DNA from: a virus
Taxonomy: Duplodnaviria > Heunggongvirae > Uroviricota > Caudoviricetes
Length of the DNA stretch: 64,000 nt
Virus record (IMG/VR): IMGVR_UViG_2526164631_000023
Strand: one strand, 5' to 3'
Shown here: positions 28,571-38,155 of the stretch, piece after piece
Layout of the letters: each line of letters opens with the position of its first letter
How positions within the stretch are numbered: position 1 is the stretch's first letter
Program-made: the position numbers and the translations under genes
Notes under the pieces: generated by a model
Database searches by the model: none
Seen by the model: the letters and a program-made list of their open reading frames with translations, nothing else
What the model was told of the DNA's origin: nothing

Positions 28571-30241
28571 TTAAATACTCCCCGCGTTATACCACGTCCC
28601 ATTAATGCAATACTGAATTGGCCTTGCCTGAGTTGTATCAATTAATTCATCACGGTTTCCGTTAACTGAACCCGTAACGACATAACCTGACCTGTCAGAC
28701 CAGCCGGGACCATTCCATGTCTGAACAGATGACAGACCGCCAAGGCGAATACCTGTAATAAACCTTGAGTTACATTCTGCCTGCGTGTATGCACCAACAT
28801 CTCCCGCAGAGGGTTTGCGGGTCGTGGTGTAAAACTCTGACCAGTCAGCCTCAAATCCATAACCATCACGCGCTGAACGATAAAAGATACCGCCGTTTTT
28901 ATAATTCACGCGGAACTGTACAGCAGGGCAACTCCCCGCATTCATATTAAAGTGGAGGATTAATGTCGATGCGCCACCAATGTTTGCGTTATAGACCCCG
29001 CTATTCCAGTTCCAGCCAACAGCTTTATCATTTGCGACCCTGCTTCCTGTTTGCCCTAGAGCAAACGCACCTACATGACTTGCTTTTAATGTGATATCGG
29101 AGGAACCATCAAAAGCCACGCCACTTATTTTTCTGGCAGTTTGTAACTTTGTAGCCGTAGATGCATTACCGTTCAAACTACCATTGATGCCGCCAGTAAC
29201 ATTGAGTCCATTACCGATCGTAACAGCACCATTGGCATTGTTAATGATAAGCGGCCTTAACCTATTATAGGTTCCTAGGCTGTTACCCGAATCGGTCAAC
29301 ATGAAGTATGTGCTTGAACCATCGTTTCGGATAAAGAATCCATAGTTGCCATAGACAATACGAAGACCATTCGCCGATTTGGAAATAATCTCGCCAGCAG
29401 CAGTTAATCCGCCAGTTAACGCTCCTCCAGATAGTGGTAAAGCTCCGACATCAGCCGCAGTAGGCTTGTTTTTAGTGTTATACGCTCTGCGCCATCCTGG
29501 TGAATAACTTGTGCCATTAGACACATAGATAAATTCAGCATTAGTGAGTGCGCCAGATACACTTGTCATCGTTGCCGTTGTTATTCGAATGGTGTAATTG
29601 TTGGTATTATTGCTGAATACTTCTATCACAGCACCCGCCAGTGGAATAATGCCACAACCAGTTTCACTGTCTGGTATGGATGCACTATTTGCATACGCCC
29701 AAGCACAACGAGCGAACCATGCTTTCGTATTGAATGCCCCGTTATTTTGCAACAAAGTAACTAACTGGGCTGTCGTTATTGACTCACCGTTATTACCTGT
29801 TGTTAACCAACCAGTAGGAGATGCCGGGCAACCAATATTTGCTGGTGACAGTGAAATATTCGCAGAACCGTCAAATGAAACCCCATTAATGGTACGTGCT
29901 GTTTGTAATGTCGTGGCAGACGCCGCATTTCCTGTTGTGTTCTGGTTGCCCGTTGTATTTACGCCCGGTATGGAGTCTTTCGATGTATAGACCTGTGCCC
30001 ACTCAGACCATGCCGCACCTGTGTAATCTCTTCGGGAGCGAATGAAAACTGGCGCATGTGCACCGCTCGTACCACTCCAGCCAATAAGCAACTCGCCCTC
30101 ACCAGCAGCACTCGCACCTTTCATGTGCAATACGTTGCCATACGTGGTCGGGTAGCTATTGTTGTACGCCTCGTACATTTGAATGCCAGCAGCGCCTTGA
30201 GTAGAGCCGCTTAACGCCGTAACTCGGCCACGAGATACCAA
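28571..30241 (-). CDS. Alternative tail fibre C-terminal cassette (Sv'): promoterless, no credible start
   Basis: Track start is TTG without SD and frame closes 15 codons upstream; fibre repeats (GNQNTTGNAASATTLQTARTINGVSFDGS) and C-terminal ..INGTWYNAGSI. Confidence 0.7.
   Translation of the reverse strand: MVSRGRVTALSGSTQGAAGIQMYEAYNNSYPTTYGNVLHMKGASAAGEGELLIGWSGTSGAHAPVFIRSRRDYTGAAWSEWAQVYTSKDSIPGVNTTGNQNTTGNAASATTLQTARTINGVSFDGSANISLSPANIGCPASPTGWLTTGNNGESITTAQLVTLLQNNGAFNTKAWFARCAWAYANSASIPDSETGCGIIPLAGAVIEVFSNNTNNYTIRITTATMTSVSGALTNAEFIYVSNGTSYSPGWRRAYNTKNKPTAADVGALPLSGGALTGGLTAAGEIISKSANGLRIVYGNYGFFIRNDGSSTYFMLTDSGNSLGTYNRLRPLIINNANGAVTIGNGLNVTGGINGSLNGNASTATKLQTARKISGVAFDGSSDITLKASHVGAFALGQTGSRVANDKAVGWNWNSGVYNANIGGASTLILHFNMNAGSCPAVQFRVNYKNGGIFYRSARDGYGFEADWSEFYTTTRKPSAGDVGAYTQAECNSRFITGIRLGGLSSVQTWNGPGWSDRSGYVVTGSVNGNRDELIDTTQARPIQYCINGTWYNAGSI
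29167..29400. repeat. 234-bp inverted repeat, copy 2 (inside Sv')
   Basis: Reverse complement nearly identical to 26132-26365. Confidence 0.8.
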
Positions 30242-30265
30242 TGTATTAATGTTGGTTTAAGAGAA
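30240..30265. other. Second gix/cix-like site (site C), same orientation as site A
   Basis: AATGTATTAATG TT GGTTTAAGAGAA; right half and next ~130 bp identical to site A flank. Confidence 0.4.
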
Positions 30266-30568
30266 CTCGGTACCAGCGGTGAAAAGATCCCCCTGTTGAG
30301 TACGGCTAACACATGGAGTGCACGCCAGACTTTCAACGGCGGGATCACCGGGGCGCTGACAGGGAATGCCGACACCGCGACGAAATTGAAAACAGCACGC
30401 ACGATTGGCGGTGTGGTATTTGATGGCTCGGCCAATATCAACCTTCCAGGTGTAAATACAACAGGTAACCAGAACACCACCGGGAATGCTGCTACCGCGA
30501 CAAAACTTGCGACGGCAAGAAACATCAACGGTGTTAAGTTTGATGGCTCAGGCGATATCAAGGTTTAG
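30252..30568 (+). pseudogene. Third, short tail-fibre 3' cassette (S'') lacking a start codon; possible remnant
   Basis: First 142 bp ~96% identical to 24369-24510; encodes ..GLRELGTSGEKIPLLSTANTWSARQTFNGGITGALTGNADTATKLKTARTIGG..GDIKV; stop overlaps invertase stop. Confidence 0.5.
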
Positions 30569-31125
30569 GATTGAAATGATGACGCCGGAAACTTCTTATA
30601 AAGCGTGGAAACAGCCACATCATAGATGATTGCAACCTGCTTACGGGGGATGCCCTTCTCCAGCAATCGCCGCATTTGCTGCCATGTTTCTTCTTGGTAT
30701 TTAGGCCGACGCCCACCTATACGACCTTCTGCGCGAGCTGCATCAAGTCCAGCGCGTGTACGTTCAACGATAAGCTCGCGTTCCATTTCTGCCAGCGCCC
30801 CCATTACGTGAAAGAAAAAGCGCCCCATTGGTGTACTGGTGTCGATGGAGTCAGTGAGACTCCGGAAGTTAATGCCTTTGTCACGAAGCTCTTCCACCAG
30901 CACAACCAAGTGACGCATGCTGCGCCCAAGACGATCTAACTTCCATACGACTAGGGTGTCACCTCTGGAAAGCATACGGAGAACCTTTTTTAACCCAGGG
31001 CGTTCAGCCTTTTTGCCGCTCGCCTTATCCTCAAAAATTAGCTCACATCCTGCGCTTTCAAGGGCGTTTCGTTGTAAAGCTGTGTTTTGGTCATTAGTTG
31101 ATACGCGAATGTATCCAATAAGCAT
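30565..31125 (-). CDS. Serine DNA invertase, Hin/Gin/Cin/Min family
   Basis: From ATG (complement 31125) MLIGYIRVSTNDQN..GDTLVVWKLDRLGRS..MGALAEMERELIVERT.. with catalytic Ser in the YxRVST motif and C-terminal HTH; SD aagggg upstream; track start 31185 is an in-frame upstream extension. Confidence 0.9.
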   Translation of the reverse strand: MLIGYIRVSTNDQNTALQRNALESAGCELIFEDKASGKKAERPGLKKVLRMLSRGDTLVVWKLDRLGRSMRHLVVLVEELRDKGINFRSLTDSIDTSTPMGRFFFHVMGALAEMERELIVERTRAGLDAARAEGRIGGRRPKYQEETWQQMRRLLEKGIPRKQVAIIYDVAVSTLYKKFPASSFQS

Positions 31126-31229
31126 ATGTCCCCCTTGTATGTTAAGGAGGGAGATTTTAGAAGATGTCCTGTAAGGAAATAACAAACTGACTAAGTTAGT
31201 GGCGCATTAGATGTTATTTCTGGAGGGGT

Positions 31230-31556
31230 ATGTTTGCAGATTATGAAAATCTGGCTGTAGTAGTCATAACATCCCTACTAAGTGGAACCGGCGTATTCCT
31301 TCTCGGAGTTAGAGACGGGCGCATTTCTGCGTCCCTGCTCAATCTTGCGAGTGAATTGTTTACTGCGGTAACAGCCGGGCTTGCGGGGTATGGGGTGGCG
31401 GTTAGCCAAGAATGGCCTGAAGGTATCATTTTCTGCGTTGTTCTGATTGCCAGTAACAACGGTAGTGAAATTTTACAGGGCTTAAAGTCCAGAGCTAGTA
31501 ACGTCTTGAATCTCTTAAGCGTAATAGCGAATGGGGGAAAAGGTGGAGAGAAATAA
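31230..31556 (+). CDS. Holin-like small membrane protein (P1 LydA position)
   Basis: 108 aa with hydrophobic segments; SD ggagggg; first gene of a long rightward operon. Confidence 0.4.
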   Translation: MFADYENLAVVVITSLLSGTGVFLLGVRDGRISASLLNLASELFTAVTAGLAGYGVAVSQEWPEGIIFCVVLIASNNGSEILQGLKSRASNVLNLLSVIANGGKGGEK

Positions 31557-32002
31557 TGGGTAACTTTGGAAATTATTTCATTTTTATCATGGCATTTGTT
31601 GCCATCATTGACCGTTTCATTTTTCGTCGCAAGAGTGTTGAGATTTTGAGTATTGGTGACGCTGTAGTGAAAGAATCCGCTATAGCATTTCCTGTTTCGC
31701 TACGTGTTAAGCGAAGCTGGGTCAGCAATGCTCAAATCGAATATTGGTTGCAAGACCTGAAAAATCCATCTGTGGTTATTTCAGGGAAAACGCGACCAGT
31801 TGACGCCTCAAAACGCGGTGAGAGAGAAGAGTATTTGCTCATCGATACGAAATATCTTGAGCCAACGAAGTGGGATCTGAAAGTCACATTGACTAACGGT
31901 AACTGTCGACTGAATCCGCTTTATCGCATTTTCCCTATCAATGACTGCATAGAGCGCCAGTTTACGATCGAAAAGCGTGAAGGAGACTGGGATGTCAAAT
32001 AA
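31556..32002 (+). CDS. Membrane-anchored protein (P1 LydB position; possible antiholin)
   Basis: 148 aa, N-terminal hydrophobic FIFIMAFVAIIDRFIF; start overlaps previous stop. Confidence 0.35.
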   Translation: MGNFGNYFIFIMAFVAIIDRFIFRRKSVEILSIGDAVVKESAIAFPVSLRVKRSWVSNAQIEYWLQDLKNPSVVISGKTRPVDASKRGEREEYLLIDTKYLEPTKWDLKVTLTNGNCRLNPLYRIFPINDCIERQFTIEKREGDWDVK

Positions 32003-32612
32003 GAATAATTATGTTCTTCTTAATTATGATGAGTTAAACGAAAAGGGGCTGTCAAAACTCGTCAAAGAAATCAGCAAAGGTGGTTACAAGATAGCGAGGG
32101 TGATCCCTGCAAGTAATGGCAGGAAGAAAGATGGGATCATGACGCGCACGTTTACCCTTATTGGTATTGATGAACAGACAATGGAAGTTCAGGTTAACGA
32201 TACCGGTGATATATCTGGGATCAAACTGAATGGTAAAACAGTACCGTTCAAGCCAGTAAAAACAATGTCGGCTTTGGGGCAATCTCTTGCGGCTTTATTT
32301 AATCGCGGAGCAACTTCTTTCCAGAAGTCATTAGCTCGAAAACTTGCTCGTGCAGCAAAAAATATTGATGACGGAAATAAGAAGCGGCAGGGAGTTAAAT
32401 CTAACGCTCAGAAATTAGCTGAAGCGAAAGAATCACGTGATGCACTCCGTGAAGATATCGCTAATGCTAACGACAAACTGTCTAAACTCCAGAGCAAGTC
32501 AGACAAAGTAATGCAAGATACGGGTAATGTTAAAGCTGCCTTGTCTCAGGAAGTAGCTAAGACACGTGCTCTTAAAGAAGAAATCGCGCGCCTGGAGGAT
32601 GAGCATGATTAA
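31992..32612 (+). CDS. Coiled-coil protein (P1 Hdf position)
   Basis: About 206 aa from internal ATG (MSNKNNYVLL); track ORF starts 31977. Confidence 0.3.
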   Translation: MSNKNNYVLLNYDELNEKGLSKLVKEISKGGYKIARVIPASNGRKKDGIMTRTFTLIGIDEQTMEVQVNDTGDISGIKLNGKTVPFKPVKTMSALGQSLAALFNRGATSFQKSLARKLARAAKNIDDGNKKRQGVKSNAQKLAEAKESRDALREDIANANDKLSKLQSKSDKVMQDTGNVKAALSQEVAKTRALKEEIARLEDEHD

Positions 32613-34541
32613 CAATCCTTTACGAATTAATATTCAGTCTACTTTTGCTGATACGATCCCCGGCTATATGCCAAGTCGCTGGTCTTCAGAAGAATTAAGC
32701 GAAGATGACCTGATTTTTGAGGCGGCGACCTTAGAAGATATTGAGCTTGCCTATATGGGCAATGAAATTCTGGTTGTGTCTGACGAAGCTATGTTTGAGT
32801 CCATAACTACAACCAGAATTCGGTTAGCTCAAACAATGCGAGCTTTCGTCCGTGCGCTGAATCGTGGCCTGAATGGTACGAATATTATGGCAGGGACTGA
32901 TGAAGCCGGGACCGATGAAAATGGACGTAATTGTATTGGTGGTGCGATTATCGGTCGTGTACGTCGGGTAGCTAATATCCCTGTTTTGACCGCGCAGATA
33001 CCGCTTACTGACGGGCAGAGTACAAGCATAATTTTCCACTCTCCAACAGCTGACGGGGCAAAAATAAAGAGTAACGACGAGCTTGTTGCATTTCAGTTTT
33101 TACTTAATAAGCGTAACGTAACTCACGTTGTCGCCCCGATTGGTGGGAGAGATGTTTCTTTAAGCCAGGTATGCCAGGCGCTATCTAATTTGATTGAGCG
33201 TAACAGCGAAAAATTTAAGAAGGCAAAAGAGCGCCAGGACAAAATGAAGGCAGATATTGAGAGTTATCTCAATGAAGCAGATAAACTGGCAGAAGAACGG
33301 TCAATAATGATTGATCAGGTGGACGTTGCGCAACGTGGGCTGACTGAAAAGCGTGCTGCTCTTACGGAGATGCAAAAAAACTTGATGCCCAGAAAGCCAT
33401 CAACGAGGAATTACAAGCAAAACGCGATAAATTGTTGTCTGCTAAAGGTGAAAAAACGAAAGAACGAGCGTTTAGCGACCAGCTGCGACATGTAAAACAT
33501 AATCTTGCCATTGACGGAAAAACAGTGCTGGATAATGGCGCTGAAGTTAATTATGTCACGTCCGGCAGTGACAATTTCGTTACGATAGTAGCACCTGAAG
33601 GTAAATTCAGTATTGATGCCAGTGCTGTCAAAGGAGGCAGTTTGGCAGATGCTGCAACCAAATTACTTAAAGCCTACCGAGAGCATAACGCAGATAAATA
33701 TAAAGTTGATGTGTTACCAGGCCAGCAGGAAGACCCCGAACCACCACAGACAGACCCCGAGACGAACCCAGTATCACAACCAGAGAGCCAGGATGTAGGT
33801 AAATACCACTATGCACTTCAATCTCGCCCGGCTGGTGTTGGTGCTGTGCCGGATGGAAATAAAGCCGTGCTTGATCGTCCTGACCAGGCTGATCAGTATT
33901 ACGAATATGCTCGTCACGGTATCATTACGTATGACCGTAAACTGACAGATGAAGAAGTCAGCCAGTACGAGTTGCTCTATCTTCCTGATGAAGATGAGCT
34001 GAAAGATTTTGCAGGCCAATTGGTTGTGTCCAGCATGTCGAAACATATTGATGGCTATGTAGACCTGTTTGGCAGTGACCTGAAAACATTCAAGGCGCAA
34101 GTGAAAATTCTTTTCCGCAAAGCGTTTCCAAACGTGGCGTATCCACTTGGTGATGGGGAGAACCTTTTCATTATGGACGTATATAACGCCCTTCAAAATC
34201 ATTCAAACGAAGTAACGCCAGAGCCTGAATTAGCACCTGTAGTTGAGCCAGAATCACACCCACAAACAGCACCAGAGCAACAGCCAACGCCGGAAGACGC
34301 TGAAGAAGCGGCAACTGAAGCTGATCAGGAAGCAGATAAAGCACTGGAGTACCTAAAATCCGTCCCGGTGCAGTTTACATCTCGCGATCTGACGGTAATC
34401 AGTGCCGAACTTGACCATGTGCAGGAAGCTGCAAACGCTCTTATCAGTGCTGGTCGATACGACGAGAACGAATCAACGGTTGGCGCAGCAGTTGACTACC
34501 TGATCAACATTCTGGCTGAAATTCAGCAGGGAGGTGCTTAA
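32604..34541 (+). pseudogene. darA-like virion antirestriction/head gene split by +1/-2 frameshift in an A7 tract (33374-33380)
   Basis: ORFs 32566..33495 and 33432..34541 overlap in different frames; one extra A gives a continuous ~645-aa protein (..TEMQKKLDAQKAINEELQAKRDKLLSAKGEK..), size close to P1 DarA as remembered. Confidence 0.5.
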
Positions 34542-34915
34542 TGACTATCTCTGTTTTAGACCGTCTGAAATTGGGTAAAGAGCTATCAGATTTAATGCAG
34601 GCGCAGAAAACCGCGCCAGTATTACAACGCGTCGCCATTGGTAAGCAGATTGTTGATCTGATGCTTAAACTGGGGTTGGGTACTGCCGCTCAACCGATGT
34701 CGGAACCGCAACCACAACCACAGTCTGATCCTGTTGCAGATGAAGTTCCTAAGATAGTGACTGACTTCCTGGGCGGCGTGTTCACAAAGTCCACACAAAT
34801 GGAATTTATTGATGCGCTGCGTGGGATCTCAAACTATGTTGGCGAGTTCCTTACGTTGGAGCAGGCTAAAGAACAGACCATAAGCTGGGTGAAAGCCAAC
34901 GGTTATGCCGGGTAA
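34541..34915 (+). CDS. Hypothetical protein (P1 DdrA position), 124 aa
   Basis: ATG overlaps upstream stop; followed by a terminator. Confidence 0.3.
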   Translation: MTISVLDRLKLGKELSDLMQAQKTAPVLQRVAIGKQIVDLMLKLGLGTAAQPMSEPQPQPQSDPVADEVPKIVTDFLGGVFTKSTQMEFIDALRGISNYVGEFLTLEQAKEQTISWVKANGYAG

Positions 34916-34918
34916 TCA

Positions 34919-34941
34919 AAAGGGGGCGAAATGCCCCTTTC
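34919..34941 (+). terminator. Intrinsic terminator after the holin/darA-like operon
   Basis: aagggggc gaaat gccccctt then T-rich tcacttctctgttctc. Confidence 0.5.
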
Positions 34942-34997
34942 ACTTCTCTGTTCTCACATAAATCACACTCTTTTTACACTCACAGCTTTCTCTATAG

Positions 34998-36395
34998 TTG
35001 GAGTGTATTTTGAACAAATCAGTTACTTCTGCGCTTTCCGAGGCCGCAGATATTAACAGCGTCATTGCTCTGGTTTCTTCATTAGAGAGGAAAGAAACAC
35101 GCCTGGGGCGAAGTAGCTACGTAGTCACCAGCAAAGGTGCAGAGGTAAAGACGGCTTTTAAGGTCGTTGATGCCAGCAGTCTGATCATTTCGAACAACCT
35201 TGACGGTATGATTAACCCGGCCTTCCCGGAAGAACTCCAACCACGAGATCGTACCCGGCTATCCAGCAAACTCCAGGTTAACCGTATTGCCTCCAATTTA
35301 CGCCCGGCACAATTAACGGATTCCGGTATGAGCAGCCACGGAGCGCCGATAGTTGGTCCGGACAACGTTGTTGAATCCGGCAACGGAAGGAGTATGGGTA
35401 TCTGGCGTGCCTATGAGCAAGGACAGGCGGATGAGTATCGCCAGTACCTGATCGACCATGCGAAAGAGTTTGGTCTGAATCCTGACGAAATTTCGCAAAT
35501 GTCTATGCCCGTACTAGTGCGAGAAAGACTCACAGATGTAGACCGCGCTCAATTTGCCCGCGATTCAAACATTAGCGATCTGCAAGAGATGGCAGCAAGT
35601 GAAAAAGCGTATGCGGATGCGCAATTTCTCACTGAGAGCGTCATGGCGCTATTTAATCCTTCAGATGATGGAAATCTGCTGGCGCGGTCCAATGATGCGT
35701 TTATTCGTGCGTTTTTGCGCGAAATTGGCGATACAGCGACGGCAGGCTTGCTTACTGCCGATGGGCGTCCCACGAAACAGCTTATCGATCGCATCCAGAA
35801 TGCAATTTTTGCCAAAGCGTACAAGGATGAAAGGCTTGTTCGGCTAGTGTCGGAAGAGCCAGATCCGGAAATGCGTAATATCCTGACCGCATTAAATACG
35901 GCAGCCAGCGATTTTGCGCAAATGCAGTCGCTGTCTGGCGACGCTCACCATGACGCAGTAACAGGCTTAGTGGACGGTATAGAGCAGGTTAATGGCCTGG
36001 ATACACAGGCGATAGCAGCACTCCAGGAAGCAATTAATCTTGTACGTGAAGCCAAAGACAACGGTCAGGCCGTTGAAGAAGTGATCGCCCAAAGGGGGTT
36101 ATTCGGCGACAGTACACCGGAAGCTGAGGCATTGGCGTTATTCATCGTAGCAAATAATCGCAGTGCGAAGCGTATGGGGGCAGCATTCAAAAAAATGGCG
36201 CAAAAAATCAACGACGAGCTGACTCATAAACAACAGGCATTGGGCGATATGTTCGGCGGTGGCGATGTTGATCTGCGTCGTATTTTGTCTGCTGTATCTG
36301 ATGAAATTGAGGGTGAATTTGGCGAAGGGAAAGGTCTGAACTTTGCTATGTTTGAAAATTCTACAGATCTAAATAATTGCCGTACGGAAAACTAA
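34998..36395 (+). CDS. Hypothetical protein, 465 aa (start uncertain)
   Basis: ORF only; upstream AAATCACA late-promoter-like motif. Confidence 0.3.
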   Translation: MECILNKSVTSALSEAADINSVIALVSSLERKETRLGRSSYVVTSKGAEVKTAFKVVDASSLIISNNLDGMINPAFPEELQPRDRTRLSSKLQVNRIASNLRPAQLTDSGMSSHGAPIVGPDNVVESGNGRSMGIWRAYEQGQADEYRQYLIDHAKEFGLNPDEISQMSMPVLVRERLTDVDRAQFARDSNISDLQEMAASEKAYADAQFLTESVMALFNPSDDGNLLARSNDAFIRAFLREIGDTATAGLLTADGRPTKQLIDRIQNAIFAKAYKDERLVRLVSEEPDPEMRNILTALNTAASDFAQMQSLSGDAHHDAVTGLVDGIEQVNGLDTQAIAALQEAINLVREAKDNGQAVEEVIAQRGLFGDSTPEAEALALFIVANNRSAKRMGAAFKKMAQKINDELTHKQQALGDMFGGGDVDLRRILSAVSDEIEGEFGEGKGLNFAMFENSTDLNNCRTEN

Positions 36396-36459
36396 ACCAA
36401 CCGCTGAAATCACATACTGATTATGCTGCCGCAAAACTGGAAACAATTTGCGGTGATTC

Positions 36460-38142
36460 ATGGCAACGAAAGACAAAAACAAAGGCTTTCTGTCAGCATT
36501 GAAGAAAGCCTTCAACGGTGGTGATGTTACGCCCGCCGATCCGGTCGTTTTTACGAGCGGACATAGTGTCGTTGCTCGTTCCGGCCTGTCTGCTTTACGT
36601 CCAGGCATCCTGGGGAGCAATGGCGATGGCATTACGAGTGAAGCAGATTCAATTTCTTTATCCGCTGAACTGCCCGGCGAGCGCCTGCAAAAGTACAACA
36701 TCCTGGAAACGATGGCTAAAAGCCCGACTATCTCGACGGCTTTAAACATTCACATTGCACATGCGCTTGCGCCTTCAAAAAAAACCGGACAAGCATTTAT
36801 CCTTTCGCCAAAGGATGGTTCCGATGCCGAGGCAGTAAGTAGATGTGAAGAGTTAACCGCTGATTTGGGGGCGATGATTAATGACGGACTTCCTTCATGG
36901 GCCATGATTATGGCGATCTTTGGGGTGTCTTATGTCCGACCTTATGCTGAACAGGGCAGGGGGATAACAGGCATTGAGTCCAGTTATTACACTCTGCCAC
37001 ACTTCGTCCAGGAGTTTTATCGTGGTAGCCAGCTGGTAGGTTTCAGTGGTGATTACATTCTGGATACGCATAGTTTGCGCAGAGTAATAACCGAACCGTG
37101 GAATCTGGTTTCCATGAAAAATCCCTATTGGACGCCACAGCATAAAGTTATTCCGGTTAGCTACGGCACAAAAGGGTACTCACTGTTAAGTGATCAGGCT
37201 GATAAGCCGTTAATGGAGACGCAGAATTACGGAACTTCATTCCTGGAATACAGCTATGAACCTTACCTTAATTTATGTGCTTCGCTCGCCGCGCTGAAAT
37301 CAACGCGAAATAATGCAGCCAAAATTGACCGCCTGATTGCTCTTACGACGAACACACTGGACCCGGTTAATGCGGCGAACTATACGCGTGGCGTCAGCCA
37401 GGCATTGAAGCGTCATAGTGACCTGGTGGCGCAAAGGTCGATTAATGCCAACGCTATTCCGACTGTGCTTAACCATCTGATACCTGTTATGGGAGACGGG
37501 AAGAACGGCATCACCATTGATACGCAATCCATACCCGCAGATATCAGTGGTATCGAAGACGTTATGTTTCACCTCCGGCAGCTTGCTGCAAGCCTCGGCA
37601 TTGACGCAACAATGCTTGGCTGGGCTGATCAGATGAGCGGAGGGCTTGGAGAAGGCGGCTGGCAGCAAACTGCTATCCAGGCTGCATTGCGTGCGAACTG
37701 GATCAGACAGGCCGCCCAGCGAACTATTTATCGGCTTCTGGACATTCACCTCGCTTATAAATACGGCAAGGTTTACACCGAAACAAACCGCCCTTATGAC
37801 GTGCAATTCAACTCAATGAACACAGCTATCCAGGAAGAGGAAAACCGAGAACTGGATGCACGCGCCAACTTTGTTGCTGTCATCTCCCAAATTATGGACC
37901 AGATCCAGAACAACCCGAAACTGGCTGGTAGCGACGCGTTTATGCGTTATCTGTTCACTGAGCAGTTGCACATCGACGATGACACTCTCAACACCATGAT
38001 CAAAGAGTTTAAGGCGAATGAATCAGAGCAAAACAACGAGCATGGTATGTACGAATCCGCGCCGTTGTCGTCCGGTGACGATCCGGAAAACTGGACGCCA
38101 GAACAGTTAATAAACTTTGCAAAATTTGTGATGAGCAATTAA
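36460..38142 (+). CDS. Candidate portal protein (560 aa)
   Basis: Size and position immediately upstream of candidate protease/scaffold gene, as in P1 prt-pro; unverified. Confidence 0.4.
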   Translation: MATKDKNKGFLSALKKAFNGGDVTPADPVVFTSGHSVVARSGLSALRPGILGSNGDGITSEADSISLSAELPGERLQKYNILETMAKSPTISTALNIHIAHALAPSKKTGQAFILSPKDGSDAEAVSRCEELTADLGAMINDGLPSWAMIMAIFGVSYVRPYAEQGRGITGIESSYYTLPHFVQEFYRGSQLVGFSGDYILDTHSLRRVITEPWNLVSMKNPYWTPQHKVIPVSYGTKGYSLLSDQADKPLMETQNYGTSFLEYSYEPYLNLCASLAALKSTRNNAAKIDRLIALTTNTLDPVNAANYTRGVSQALKRHSDLVAQRSINANAIPTVLNHLIPVMGDGKNGITIDTQSIPADISGIEDVMFHLRQLAASLGIDATMLGWADQMSGGLGEGGWQQTAIQAALRANWIRQAAQRTIYRLLDIHLAYKYGKVYTETNRPYDVQFNSMNTAIQEEENRELDARANFVAVISQIMDQIQNNPKLAGSDAFMRYLFTEQLHIDDDTLNTMIKEFKANESEQNNEHGMYESAPLSSGDDPENWTPEQLINFAKFVMSN

Positions 38143-38155
38143 CCGGAGGGAAATA

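Noticed and set aside
30211-30561. 116-aa minus-strand ORF over the third cassette
   Set aside because: Mirror-frame artefact of the S'' cassette, which is homologous to fibre sequence on the plus strand; no start context.
30548-30573. Possible inverted partner crossover site (center AA) at the invertase 3' end
   Set aside because: Only the right half resembles a Hin-family half-site, and fusion to site A would hit a stop after four codons.
31166-31191. TCCTGTAA half-site upstream of the invertase start as a possible crossover site
   Set aside because: Only one half matches; the other is unrelated; predicted fusion terminates immediately.
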